64,000 bases of DNA from an uncultured Hyphomicrobiales bacterium (GCA_964577665.1 CAZOBD010000004.1:81-64080), one strand, 5' to 3'; positions 10,031-20,523 are shown, counted from the first letter of the stretch. Notes: generated from the sequence alone by a model not told the origin. Numbers and translations: made by a program.

Positions 10031-10404
10031 AGTAAAAAATAAAAAGATAAAACAATATTTTAAATTATCTTAATCATTGGAATATTCTACTGAGATGATT
10101 CCGAGTCTAACTGATTTTTCTAATATTTAAAAGTTAAGAGCGTCTATAATTATTATTAGTTTAACCATAGACTTAAATATGAAGAAAAAGAATAAATGCT
10201 GTATGAAGGGATGCAAGAACTGTAAAATTTTTAAAAAACTGAAAAAAAAGAAGAAAAACAGTTGATTATTAAAAATCCTTACTAATATTTTAAAGTATTT
10301 CTTTTATCGTAAATTTTAAAAAAAATAATTCCTTGTAAAATCCAATATTTTTCCTTATATATGGATATTATAAATGTTAATTTTTTGTTAACGGAGGACT
10401 CCTT

Positions 10405-12549
10405 ATGAAAAAATTATTTACCTTCATTGCTGTTTTCATTCTTTTCTCGTTTAACGCATCATTTTCTCAGGATATTGTCAGCACTGATCCACAGCCGAGA
10501 AACGTAGTGCTCGAAGAATTCACGGGCATTTACTGCGGTTTTTGTCCCTACGGACATGAAATAGGTCAGGCAATACAGGACAATAATCCCGGCAGAGTAG
10601 TACTGATTAATATTCATGCAGGCAGTTATGCCAATCCGCAGCCCGGAAGCGGGCATCCTGACTTCAGAACACCCTATGGCGACGCGCTTGTGCAGATGTC
10701 TAATCTTGCCGGTTACCCGGCAGGTCAGGTCAACAGACAGCTTTTTTCAGGAGAAGAATATCAGCAGCAGCGAGCCGGAGCTCTTGCCCTAAGCAGAGGC
10801 GGATGGGAAGCTGCTTCTAACGTAATTCTGGCGGATGGTAATTCTCCCGTGAATATTGGAGCAAAAGTTGAAAGAAAATCCCTTACTACACTTGAAATCA
10901 CTGTTGAGCTGTACTACACATCTGATGTTTCCCAAAACAACAAACTTAATGTAGTCCTTCTGGAAAACGGCTTCGTAGGTTATCAGGGAGGCAGTAAAGG
11001 CGGCGATGATTATGTACATAATCATATTTTGAGAGACATGATTACAGGACAGTGGGGCGAAGTCATATCAGAGACTTCGCAGGGTTCCCTTGTTACAAAA
11101 ACATACACTTACGAACTTACCGACAGGGTCGATCCCTTGGGAAGCGAGCTTCAGCTTGCATTTTTCGTTACAGGAGCGGACAACAAATATATTTATACCG
11201 GTACCGGGATTGAAGTTCCCGGAATAGAACCTAATGCTAAACTTACTACAACCGATGAACCATTAAAAGCAATTTTCAGCGGAAGCACGGTGGAAAAGAC
11301 TGCTGCCCTTGAAAATATTTCCGATATGGAAATCACATTTGATATTACCTTGAGTGCAATTTCGGAAACTGCTGCCGGATGGCAAGCCGGACTAAAATAT
11401 CCTGACATTACTCCTCTTACTTTGGCACCGGGTGAATCCCGTGAAATATCTTATTACATTACATCAGATAATGAATACGGTAAAATGAGCGTAGAGCTGA
11501 ATGCCGCAGAGAAGGAAACTGAACTTATGCTTTCCTATTCCGACGGACTGAAAGTAATCTCAGCGGATGCAGAGAATTTCCTTGTGGCAGATAAAGCCGA
11601 AGAATCTTATTCCATCAAGCAGTTTATTCAGGATGCAGGATATTACGATTTTCTCGAAATATATCCTGAAGAATACGAATTTATAAGCAATCTTATGAGT
11701 AATGCAGAAACGATTGTATGGGACGCCGGCGTAAATTATTCTCTTACAACAAATGACATTAACTCACTTATTAATAAGATGAACAATGACGTTAATCTGC
11801 TGATTTTAGGAAACAGAATAATCGGCAATCTTAGCGGAGCAAATGCACTCGGATTTTTCGGAACGAATTATCTGGGTTATTCCACTCAGGGATACGGAAG
11901 CTCTCCCTGGCGGGTATGGCTGTCGGGAGTAAGCGGCGACCCCATAACAGGCTCTCTTGGGTTGAATTTTGAAGGAAACCTCATACAATGGCTTATTTCT
12001 ATAGTTGAAATAACCGATCCTCAAACTACAACACCAATACTGCATTTCACAAATACCGGCAAAAGAGTTATTTATAATTCACAAACTCAGACGAGAGATA
12101 CTTTTGATATTAAAGGGGAAGATGCCGTTTTCGGAGTGAAAATTGATAAAGGAGCTAGCAAACATGTGCTAATAGGTATTACTCCTTATGTTATCGTTGA
12201 TCAAAACAGAAGAGAAATAATTGTAAGAGAAGCCCTGAACTGGATAAACGGCGTAGTTGATGTAGAAGACAACTCTTTGAATGCATCATCAAATGTTTCT
12301 GCAAGTCCGAATCCTGCTGAGAATTTTCTTAATCTCCGTTATAATATAACCGGAACTAAATCTTCGCAGGTATCAATAAAAGTGGTTGATAATTTCGGCA
12401 GAATAGTTGCCTGCACTAAAACAATGCACCTTAATCCCGGAAATTATACGGAATATCTCGACCTGAGAAAAATTTCCGCCGGATCATATAATGTATTGGT
12501 CAGCATAAACGGCAAAACCGAGACAGAAAAGATAATTGTAATAAAATAA
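10405..12549 (+). CDS. Secreted protein with T9SS (Por) C-terminal sorting domain; N-terminal region with thioredoxin-like CxxC (EEFTGIYCGFCP), possibly Omp28-like
   Basis: Signal peptide; CGFC motif near N-terminus; C-terminal ~80 aa beta-sandwich tail (…SPNPAENFLNLRYNI…SYNVLVSINGKTETEKIIVIK) typical of T9SS CTDs. Confidence 0.55.
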   Translation: MKKLFTFIAVFILFSFNASFSQDIVSTDPQPRNVVLEEFTGIYCGFCPYGHEIGQAIQDNNPGRVVLINIHAGSYANPQPGSGHPDFRTPYGDALVQMSNLAGYPAGQVNRQLFSGEEYQQQRAGALALSRGGWEAASNVILADGNSPVNIGAKVERKSLTTLEITVELYYTSDVSQNNKLNVVLLENGFVGYQGGSKGGDDYVHNHILRDMITGQWGEVISETSQGSLVTKTYTYELTDRVDPLGSELQLAFFVTGADNKYIYTGTGIEVPGIEPNAKLTTTDEPLKAIFSGSTVEKTAALENISDMEITFDITLSAISETAAGWQAGLKYPDITPLTLAPGESREISYYITSDNEYGKMSVELNAAEKETELMLSYSDGLKVISADAENFLVADKAEESYSIKQFIQDAGYYDFLEIYPEEYEFISNLMSNAETIVWDAGVNYSLTTNDINSLINKMNNDVNLLILGNRIIGNLSGANALGFFGTNYLGYSTQGYGSSPWRVWLSGVSGDPITGSLGLNFEGNLIQWLISIVEITDPQTTTPILHFTNTGKRVIYNSQTQTRDTFDIKGEDAVFGVKIDKGASKHVLIGITPYVIVDQNRREIIVREALNWINGVVDVEDNSLNASSNVSASPNPAENFLNLRYNITGTKSSQVSIKVVDNFGRIVACTKTMHLNPGNYTEYLDLRKISAGSYNVLVSINGKTETEKIIVIK

Positions 12550-12589
12550 GTCAAGTATTACTCTTTAAAAATGGGGCTGTATTTAACTA

Positions 12590-12975
12590 CGGTCCCATTT
12601 TTTTTTCATCTGTTTATTTTATGCCCCACCCTAACCCTCCCCAAAGGGAGGGAATTCAATGATATTGCTCCCTCCCCTTGGGGAAAGCCGGGGTGGGGTC
12701 TCATACGGTTTTTCATCTCATTCCCAAACTCCGATTTGGGAATGTACTTTTCTTTCAAAACTCTGTTTTGCATTAACTCGTAAACAATCAACTCCTTGTG
12801 TGATTTTCCAAAATCATGGGCGTTTCATCTGTTTATATTCGATCCCTCCCCGGTACTCCCTTACAAGAAAAGGAAGGAGAAATATTATTGAAGCCCCTTA
12901 TTTATAAGGGGGTTTGGGGGATCTCTTCTATCGATTTCATTTTTTTTCCAAATATTCATCTCCTTGTGTGATTTC
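12590..12975. repeat. Mosaic of palindromic repeat modules: G/C-rich hairpin (CCCCACCC…GGGTGGGG with nested CCCTCCCC…GGGAGGG), module A (TCCCAAACTCCGATTTGGGA), two copies of module C
   Basis: 12700-12780 is the reverse complement of 53181-53260; modules shared with loci at 13522, 37160 and 53140; unusually G+C-rich for this AT-rich genome. Confidence 0.75.
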
Positions 12976-13521
12976 TTAAATCATGGGGGTTTCATATAGC
13001 ACACTCTGCCTTGTGCAGTTAATATTCAAACTGAGAATATCTGGACGAGAGTAATGTCCTGAAGGATCGAAATTTTGTCTTTCTCTTAAGACGGAGCTTA
13101 AATCCAGTTCAGCCGTGATAAATGCTTCTTTTTCACAAACAGGTTCGATTATCCATGATCCATCAGGGGCAGCAATGCAGGAACCGCCGCCGGCAGGCAT
13201 ACTTTTCATTTTAGATTTTATCAAAGATGCATGAGGCAGTTCGTCTGAAATATTTTTTGTAAAGAGTATTGAAGAAGCAGAAATAACAAAACTCCGCGAC
13301 TCTTTTGCAATAAAGCGGGCAATGTCATAAGTATTTTCCAGACTGCCGGGCCAGACAGCTATATGGACATTTATACCCTGAGCATACATTGCGCTTCTTG
13401 CCAGCGGCATCCAGTTTTCCCAGCAGTTAAGCCCCCAGAGAGTAAAACCGTCAAGCTTATGTGCCGCGATACCGCTGCCGTCACCTATCCCCCATACGAG
13501 TCTTTCTTCATAAGTAGGCAT
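12976..13521 (-). pseudogene. Truncated nitrilase / carbon-nitrogen hydrolase (C-terminal part only, catalytic Cys block [11 protein letters not shown] present, N-terminal Glu/Lys blocks missing)
   Basis: 181-aa ORF begins at conserved internal [12 protein letters not shown] block; the ATG lies exactly at the edge of repeat module B and the last 5 codons are encoded by repeat module C. Confidence 0.6.
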
Positions 13522-13724
13522 GGGGTTTCAGATGGACTCCACTTTTAAAGTGGAGTCCATCTACGAATAAATTTTTCACCATCCCCTTGGGGAGGGCTTG
13601 GGTGGGGTCTCTTACGGTTTTTCTTTTACAATACGATTTTTCCTTCAATATATGGCAAATCTACCAAAAATAATCATCCCCTTGTGTGATTTTCCCAAAT
13701 CATGGTTGTTTCATTTAAAGAAAT
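13522..13724. repeat. Mosaic repeat cluster: module B perfect palindrome AGATGGACTCCACTTTTAAAGTGGAGTCCATCT, G-rich module (CCCCTTGGGGAGGGCTTGGGTGGGG), module C
   Basis: Module B recurs at 37467-37499; G-rich module recurs at 12678 and (inverted) 53395-53440. Confidence 0.75.
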
Positions 13725-16700
13725 TTATTTTTTCATTATTTTTGCATAAAAAATATCGGTGCCGCTGCTTAGAATTACTAAGTAAGCTCCGTCAGGCTTT
13801 CCGCTGAGGTCTAATCGAGTTTCGGCACCGGATGATACGCGCTTCTCTAAAATCTGCCTGCCAAGCATATCCTTAACTGTTATTCGTAATTCACCCGTTA
13901 AATGATTCAATGGAGTAATATTGAAAACACCTTCTGAAGGATTGGGATAAATTTTGAAAGGCAATGCTTTTAGGCTGATTTCATCAACGCTTGAGACTAC
14001 ATTGTAAGGATTGGACATCTCCGAGCATCCCCACTCATTGAATATTTCTACGGTATAATTACCAAGCTTGTCAATCTCATAAGTTCTTTCATCCGCCCCG
14101 AAAATTCGCTTTCCGTCATAATACCATCTGTATCCTGCTGCTTTAACCGTTTCCAAAAGGCTGCCTTGTTTCTGCCACAGCGGAGGTTTTTCCGGCTTTT
14201 CTTTCTGCTCAACGGTTATCTCGTCATAAGCCTTGCAGTTATCAGCAGTAAAAGCGGTAACTGTATATTTACCGGGCTCTGTTATTTTTATTGAACGTGA
14301 GTCTCCTCCGTTTGACCATTCATATTTTGTAAAGCCGAAATTAACACTTAAGGTCAGTTCTTCGCCTTCGCAGAGCCAGCCTTCGCCGGAAGTGGAAATC
14401 TTTAAATCAGGTACTGAAAGCACTTCTACCGCAACACCTCGAGACTTGGCATTACACCCGCTTTCGTCTTCCACTATCAAAGAATAAACACCTTCTTTTT
14501 TTACAATGATTTCTTTTGAAGTCTCGCCGGTTGACCAGAAATAATTTTCATAATCGCCCATTGCTCTGATAATTACACTGTCTCCCCGGCAAAATTCCGT
14601 TTCTCCGATTACTTCTACTTCGGGCTGGGGCAGATTGCAGTCCAAAAGAGGTATTTCCCAAACTCCCCTGCCGTAAGTGCCTGCAATAAGTTTTTCAGAA
14701 TTTTCCTGAATTTTGAGCTCTGAAACAATAACGTTAGGCAAAGCAGCGCCATAACTCTCCCACCAGCCGGAGCCGTAATCGGAATAATAAACACCGACAT
14801 CAGTACCTATATAGAGCCTGTCGGGTGAATTTTTTTGATAAACTATAGTGTTTACAGGTATATTCGGCATATTGCCGCTCAGATTAACAGGGTTTTCATC
14901 ATCATACCGTACAACTTTATGATTCGGATCAAATCCAGAATAAGTAATCCAGACTCGTTTATTATTATTAGGATCAACTTCGATTGAACTTATTCCTGCT
15001 GCCGCTGTCTGTATCTTCTTCCATGTATCCCCGCCGTCATAAGTTACGTACAAATCACTTAAAGTACATGCGTAAATCGTTTTTGAATCCGATGGAGCTA
15101 CTTTAATATAGCGAAAAGCCGTACCATTCAGATTAGTAGTTTTTTTCCAGGAATCACCCCTGTTAGTTGACTTGTAAATATTTTGAAAACCAACATATAT
15201 TGTTCTGCCGTCGTTTGGATCTATAGCAATGGGAGTAACCCATGCGCTGTTTTCCTGTACTTGATAAACGGATATAATGGGTCCGTCAAAGTCTTTTCCG
15301 AAATTGGTTGATAAATAAAAAGAGCCGTATGGATTAGAAGAATAGCAGTACCTCGGGTTAGACGGATCAATGGCACACATCATGCCGTCGCCTGCGCCAA
15401 CATGCGTCCATTTTCCGTTTTGATATCTGCTGGTACCGTTATCCTGAGAACCTGCAATAATGTAATCATCTCCGCTTTGTGAAATATCCACTGAGTAAAA
15501 CTGCGTAATGGACATTCCGTCGCTGATAAAATGCCATGACGAACCGCCGTTTGTAGTGTAATCAATGCCGCCGTCGTGAGCTGCAAAAAGCTTAGTAGAA
15601 TTATTTTGGTATTCCATATCGTGAATATCAGCATGGACATAAGGCTTGCCATAATACCCAATCCAATGTGCGTTCATATCCCATGAATAACCAAAATTAC
15701 CCGATTTCCAAATATTAATGCCTCCGGTATGAATAGTATTGGTATTATTAGGGTGAACAGCGAGACAGAGATCATACCAGCCCTGCCCTGTTTGAGCGTC
15801 TCCGCCTGTGCCTTTGTATCTGCCGAGAAGATTAGGAGTACTATTATCTGTAACTTTCTGCCATGTCTTTCCCATATCCGTAGATATCTGAACAGAATGA
15901 AAAGATTTGGTGTTTATTATGGAACATAAAGCATACACATAATTTGAGTTTTTTCTTGTAACAGCCAGTGCAATCCTGATAACGTCGCTGAATTGCTTCA
16001 TTAACTCCCAGTTTCTGCCGTTATCGGAAGAGCGGTATATGGCAGTGCCTCCGGTATATGAAAATGTGGATGCATATACATAATTCGGATCACCGGGATG
16101 GAACTCCATGTCCTTAAAATATCCGCCGGGTGATACCTGATCCCAAAATTTCCCGCCGTCAGTTGTGCGGTATATTCCTTTTGCGGTTGCCGCAAGAACA
16201 ATATTCTCATTTTGGGGATGAACCAGGATACGTGTTATCTGATTTCCGCTTTCAAAATCGTAAGAAAGCCCTGTGGTCTCCCAAGCAGCTCCCCCGTTAG
16301 TAGTTTTTAAAAGACCTATGCTGTAGTAAGGCGAAGTAACGCTGAGAGAACCTACGGCATCACCGGTAGCTACATACACAATATTCGGATTAGTTTTTGC
16401 AATGGCAATATCAGAAACGCCGAGGGAGAGAAAATTGGTATATGGAAATACCGACCAGGTGCTGCCTCCGTCGGTAGATTTCCATACACCTCCCGAAGCA
16501 GCTCCTGCCCATAGTTCATTGAAATTTGCCGGATGAAATCTTATTACATTTACTCTGCCGATACCTTGATGCCTTACTGATGGCGTAACATCAGGCGTAT
16601 TAACCGGACCGAGAAGTTTCCACTCAAGGTCCTTAGCTGCAAGAGGCTGATCACCGTTTTTTTCATATAACATAAGTTCATTTTTCTTAAACTCAGTTAC

Positions 16701-17009
16701 TTCTTTAAGAATTTCACCGCCGTCGGGTATAGTGCCGTTTGGAAAAACTCTTGATTCCCAAAAGTACTCCCAGCGCTTAAACTGCTTCCAGCCCCGTTTC
16801 ATTTCATCGGGTAAGCCTTCCCACTGAACAGAGAAAGCATCCCTGATCTGATAAAAATCAGGCTTTTCGATTTTTTCAAGTTCTTTCAGCGGGCGGTTGT
16901 TTTTCTCAAGAAGTTCGTCGGAAATATTCTTCTCGGAAAGTACAGTTCCTCCGGCAATGATAAGTGAAAAAATAATTAATAAATATTTTTTAATTGTCGT
17001 CGTATGCAT
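13725..17009 (-). CDS. Large secreted BNR/Asp-box repeat beta-propeller protein (GH74/sortilin-Vps10-like) with T9SS C-terminal sorting domain
   Basis: 1094 aa; signal peptide; ≥8 S/T-x-D-x-G-x-T/S-W Asp-box motifs (STDGGSTW, TTNGGAAW, TTDGGKFW, SSDNGRNW, STDMGKTW, TYDGGDTW…); Ig-like Cys-containing region; CTD …IYPNPSEGVFNITPL…LVILSSGTDIFYAKIMKK. Confidence 0.7.
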   Translation of the reverse strand: MHTTTIKKYLLIIFSLIIAGGTVLSEKNISDELLEKNNRPLKELEKIEKPDFYQIRDAFSVQWEGLPDEMKRGWKQFKRWEYFWESRVFPNGTIPDGGEILKEVTEFKKNELMLYEKNGDQPLAAKDLEWKLLGPVNTPDVTPSVRHQGIGRVNVIRFHPANFNELWAGAASGGVWKSTDGGSTWSVFPYTNFLSLGVSDIAIAKTNPNIVYVATGDAVGSLSVTSPYYSIGLLKTTNGGAAWETTGLSYDFESGNQITRILVHPQNENIVLAATAKGIYRTTDGGKFWDQVSPGGYFKDMEFHPGDPNYVYASTFSYTGGTAIYRSSDNGRNWELMKQFSDVIRIALAVTRKNSNYVYALCSIINTKSFHSVQISTDMGKTWQKVTDNSTPNLLGRYKGTGGDAQTGQGWYDLCLAVHPNNTNTIHTGGINIWKSGNFGYSWDMNAHWIGYYGKPYVHADIHDMEYQNNSTKLFAAHDGGIDYTTNGGSSWHFISDGMSITQFYSVDISQSGDDYIIAGSQDNGTSRYQNGKWTHVGAGDGMMCAIDPSNPRYCYSSNPYGSFYLSTNFGKDFDGPIISVYQVQENSAWVTPIAIDPNDGRTIYVGFQNIYKSTNRGDSWKKTTNLNGTAFRYIKVAPSDSKTIYACTLSDLYVTYDGGDTWKKIQTAAAGISSIEVDPNNNKRVWITYSGFDPNHKVVRYDDENPVNLSGNMPNIPVNTIVYQKNSPDRLYIGTDVGVYYSDYGSGWWESYGAALPNVIVSELKIQENSEKLIAGTYGRGVWEIPLLDCNLPQPEVEVIGETEFCRGDSVIIRAMGDYENYFWSTGETSKEIIVKKEGVYSLIVEDESGCNAKSRGVAVEVLSVPDLKISTSGEGWLCEGEELTLSVNFGFTKYEWSNGGDSRSIKITEPGKYTVTAFTADNCKAYDEITVEQKEKPEKPPLWQKQGSLLETVKAAGYRWYYDGKRIFGADERTYEIDKLGNYTVEIFNEWGCSEMSNPYNVVSSVDEISLKALPFKIYPNPSEGVFNITPLNHLTGELRITVKDMLGRQILEKRVSSGAETRLDLSGKPDGAYLVILSSGTDIFYAKIMKK

Positions 17010-17109
17010 GATATTACCCTCTTATAAAAATCTTTTTTACTGCAAAAAGTCCGATAATGCGGTGCATTGAGCGATAGTCGAAATGCAGTGAAATATTTGA
17101 TAGAAAAAA

Positions 17110-20100
17110 TTAAATTTTAACAAATTTTAAAACATAATGCCTGCTTTCGTTTGTAACCGTCATATAATAAATACCGGTTGAAAGCAATGATATGTCGATT
17201 TCCCTTGAAATGAAACCTATGTTATGAGTAAATTCCCTTTCCCATTTTGTTTGTCCGAGTACGTCCCGTATTGTAATTAATAACGAAGAATTTGTGTAAA
17301 ATTTATTTTCGTATCTTAGACTAATCAAATCATAAGCTGGATTGGGTGTCAGGCTGAAAATTATTCCTTCAGCTTCTTCTTCTATTGATGAAATAACATC
17401 AAAAGGGTTCGACATAGATGAACAGCCGTATTCATTGAAAATCTCCACGCTGTAATTACCGTATTCTTCTACATTAAAATATCTGCCTTCAGCATCTTCA
17501 ATGACTTCTCCGTCAGAATACCAGATGTGCTTTTCGGCAGGAGGAGCTGTCAATGTTGAACGGTATTGTGAAATTACGGGCTTTTCCGGTACAGGATAAA
17601 ATTCAGCGCTAAAAGGTTCGCTTTCTCCTCTGCATCCGTCGGCTGTAAATCCATAAATTCTGTATATACCCGGTTCTTTTATCCAAATCATTCTGCCGCC
17701 GGAGCCCGTGTTCCAGGTAAGATCTTTAAATCCGAAACCTACCATCAATTTTACGCTGTCGCCTACACATACAGGATAATCACCAATAGGATTAATAACC
17801 AGCTCAGGAACATAATTAGAGCGTACCTTTATTTCTTCTGATCTTGCCCTGCAGCCCTGCTGGTCATAGACCGTAAGATTGTAAGTACCTGACTTTTTTA
17901 CGGTAATGGAACTGCCCGTTTCACCGGTTGACCACTCATAGCGGTAATAACCGTCGGGAGCCTGCAAAATAACACTGTCTCCTTCGCAAAATTCCAATTC
18001 TCCTTTTATTGTAAGCTCGGGCGTTTCAATATCGCAGTTTATTATCTTTGTTTCCCACAATCCTCTGCCGAAAGTTGCCGCCCTGAGTTTTCCGCTGGGA
18101 TAATGTATTTCCAGTTCGTTTACGATCACATTAGGCAGTCCCTTACTAAAGGAAACCCATCCGCCTGTCTCTTCATCCCTGTAAAAAACTCCGATGTCCG
18201 TACCGATAAAAACACGTCCGGGACTGTTTTTCTGATGTATCACACAGTTAACGGGTACATTGGGCAAGGAGCCCGTTATGTTCACAGGGTTTTTATCAAT
18301 TATTTCAATTACTTTATCGTCGGGATTATATCCTGATTGAGAAATCCAGATATGCGACGGATCTTCGGTGTCAACTGATATATATGTTATATATGAAGAA
18401 CTTGTATAAATATTTTCCCATTCTTCGCCCCCGTTTGTCGTTCTCCAAAGTGTACTTCTTGAAGAAGCGTAAATATAATCAGGATTTTTTGAAGATACTG
18501 CTAAAGCGTTCAGCGAGTAACTGCTCCCGAAATTTGATATTTTCTCGGCATTATTCCTGCTTCCGTTTACTTTCCATACATTTCTGTATCCGATATGAAT
18601 AATACCGGGATTTTCCGGGTCAATTACATAAGGTGTAACCCAGCTTCCATATTCATTGGCGTCTGAACTGTTAAAAAAGGAAGAAAAATTATTGCCGCCA
18701 TCTTTGGATTTGTATATATCTCCGTTGTAAAGCGAGCAGTAAACAGTATTTTTATCCGAATAATCAACAAGACATTCCATGCCGTCGCCTCCTCTTACGT
18801 GGAACCAGCCGGGAATGTCTCTTTTTTGAGTGCCGTTGTCCTGACTGCCTCCGAAGACGACCTTAGAGTCTTCTTCCGAACATGCAAGTCTGTAAAACTG
18901 CATGATAGACATACCGTTTGTAATGTCCGTCCAGTTTTTCCCCTCATCGGTTGAGTAGTAAATACCTCCGTCGTTTCCTGCAAAGATAAAACCGTTCAGT
19001 GGATTAAAGATTAAATCGTGCTGATCGGCATGCAGGTAATCTACTCCGTAAGAGCCTGTCCAATGTCCGTTAAGTTTCCATGTGCTTCCTCCGTTAACAG
19101 ATTTCCAGAGATTAATCCCTCCTGCATAGATTTCGTCCTTATCAAAAGGGTTTACAGCAGCGGCTAAATCGTAATTTCCTTGACCGCCCTGATCGCCGCC
19201 GTTTCCGTCTCTGCCTAAAATATTCGGTGAATATGAAACACGCTGCCAGTCCTTTCCTTCGTTTACGGAAACGTAAAAACCTCCGAACCCGTTTGATGAT
19301 GCTTCGGAAACAAGGGCATATACATTTTCGGGAGCGTCGGGGGTTACTTCAAGGACTATTCTGTTTGCATTTGAAAAACTTTTCACTATGTTCCACTTTT
19401 CACCCGTGTCAGTGCTTTTCAAAATAGAGATATTTCCGTTCCTGTTGTAAGTGGAAACATACATAACTTCGGGATTGCCGGGTTTAAACTCCATATCGCG
19501 TGCAAAAAAAGAGGATGAAACCGAATACCAGTTTTCTCCGCCGTCGGTAGTTTTGTAAATGCCATCTCTTGCAGCCGCTATAACCACATCTCCGTTGTCG
19601 GGATGCACAAGAAGCCTGCTTACCAGATGCTGATGAGACATACTTTTGTTCAAAGAAGTTATTTCCCAGCTGCCGCCGCCGTCTGTGGATTTAATAACTC
19701 CTATGCTGTAGTTTCCGGAGCCGTAATAATAGTTCACATCGCCTGTTGCGGCATACACAATATCCGGATTTTTCGGAAAAACGGCTATATCGGAAATACC
19801 AATTGAAAGAAACTGCGTAAAAGGATGTGTTTTCCAGCTCTGCCCGAAGTCTGTTGTTTTCCATATACCGCCGGTTGCCGCACCAACCCAAAAAGTGTTT
19901 TCGTCTGTCGGATGAAAACGAATACAGCTTACTCTTCCCAGTCCTGATGATTCGTAATAAAGCTGATTTTTTGGTACGACCGAGGGGCCTAATTCAATCC
20001 ACTCTGCTTCCATAAGAGGAGAGTCGAAGTTTTGCTGCTTTTCAACGAAAGACTGCATTTCATTATAAATTTTCACGGCATTAGGAAAAGTATCTTTTCC

Positions 20101-20346
20101 GAAAAGGCGCTGCTCCCAAAAATATTCATACCGCTTGAACTGCTTCCAGCCCTGACCGCTCTTTATTTCCCTGCCGTCCCAGTAATCATAAAAAGCTTCT
20201 TGGGATTCACGGAAGCTAATAATCTTATCATTATTAAAATCATACTTATCTGCATTATACAGGAACTGCTGAGGAAATGCCTGCGCTGAAAATACAATAA
20301 AAATAACTGAGATAATAAATCCTCTCGCTGTCGTAACAATGTGCAT
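17110..20346 (-). CDS. Paralog of the upstream BNR/Asp-box beta-propeller T9SS cargo protein
   Basis: 1078 aa; same architecture and shared N-terminal motif GWKQFKRYEYFWEQR; Asp-boxes (TTDFGQSW, STDGGGSW, TTDGGENW, STDTGEKW, STDEGKNW, TTNGGEEW); T9SS CTD (…TPNPAYDLISL…YYMTVTNESRHYVLKFVKI). Confidence 0.7.
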   Translation of the reverse strand: MHIVTTARGFIISVIFIVFSAQAFPQQFLYNADKYDFNNDKIISFRESQEAFYDYWDGREIKSGQGWKQFKRYEYFWEQRLFGKDTFPNAVKIYNEMQSFVEKQQNFDSPLMEAEWIELGPSVVPKNQLYYESSGLGRVSCIRFHPTDENTFWVGAATGGIWKTTDFGQSWKTHPFTQFLSIGISDIAVFPKNPDIVYAATGDVNYYYGSGNYSIGVIKSTDGGGSWEITSLNKSMSHQHLVSRLLVHPDNGDVVIAAARDGIYKTTDGGENWYSVSSSFFARDMEFKPGNPEVMYVSTYNRNGNISILKSTDTGEKWNIVKSFSNANRIVLEVTPDAPENVYALVSEASSNGFGGFYVSVNEGKDWQRVSYSPNILGRDGNGGDQGGQGNYDLAAAVNPFDKDEIYAGGINLWKSVNGGSTWKLNGHWTGSYGVDYLHADQHDLIFNPLNGFIFAGNDGGIYYSTDEGKNWTDITNGMSIMQFYRLACSEEDSKVVFGGSQDNGTQKRDIPGWFHVRGGDGMECLVDYSDKNTVYCSLYNGDIYKSKDGGNNFSSFFNSSDANEYGSWVTPYVIDPENPGIIHIGYRNVWKVNGSRNNAEKISNFGSSYSLNALAVSSKNPDYIYASSRSTLWRTTNGGEEWENIYTSSSYITYISVDTEDPSHIWISQSGYNPDDKVIEIIDKNPVNITGSLPNVPVNCVIHQKNSPGRVFIGTDIGVFYRDEETGGWVSFSKGLPNVIVNELEIHYPSGKLRAATFGRGLWETKIINCDIETPELTIKGELEFCEGDSVILQAPDGYYRYEWSTGETGSSITVKKSGTYNLTVYDQQGCRARSEEIKVRSNYVPELVINPIGDYPVCVGDSVKLMVGFGFKDLTWNTGSGGRMIWIKEPGIYRIYGFTADGCRGESEPFSAEFYPVPEKPVISQYRSTLTAPPAEKHIWYSDGEVIEDAEGRYFNVEEYGNYSVEIFNEYGCSSMSNPFDVISSIEEEAEGIIFSLTPNPAYDLISLRYENKFYTNSSLLITIRDVLGQTKWEREFTHNIGFISREIDISLLSTGIYYMTVTNESRHYVLKFVKI

Positions 20347-20523
20347 CGCTAAATCTCATTAAATGAACAATAAATCTTTTTAATTATTAAAGAATTTCAA
20401 CAAATTTTATTTTTTAAAACTCTTTTTTAATACATATAACTTCAACAATCCTAAAAGACACAAAAACAGGCAAAAAGTTACAAATTTTCCCTTATCTTTG
20501 TTTTTTTAAATATTGGACTATTT

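Noticed and set aside
9873-10055. 60-aa ORF spanning the intergenic hairpins
   Set aside because: Entirely made of palindromic repeat modules; reads through two hairpins; no RBS; judged spurious.
12571-12907. Three overlapping small ORFs (12571..12783, 12606..12791, 12659..12907) and 13598..13807, 37164..37364, 37225..37632
   Set aside because: All lie within repeat mosaics; their amino-acid sequences are dictated by the palindromes (e.g. PWGKPGWG from CCCCTTGGGGAAAGCCGGGGTGGGG). They are considered non-coding.
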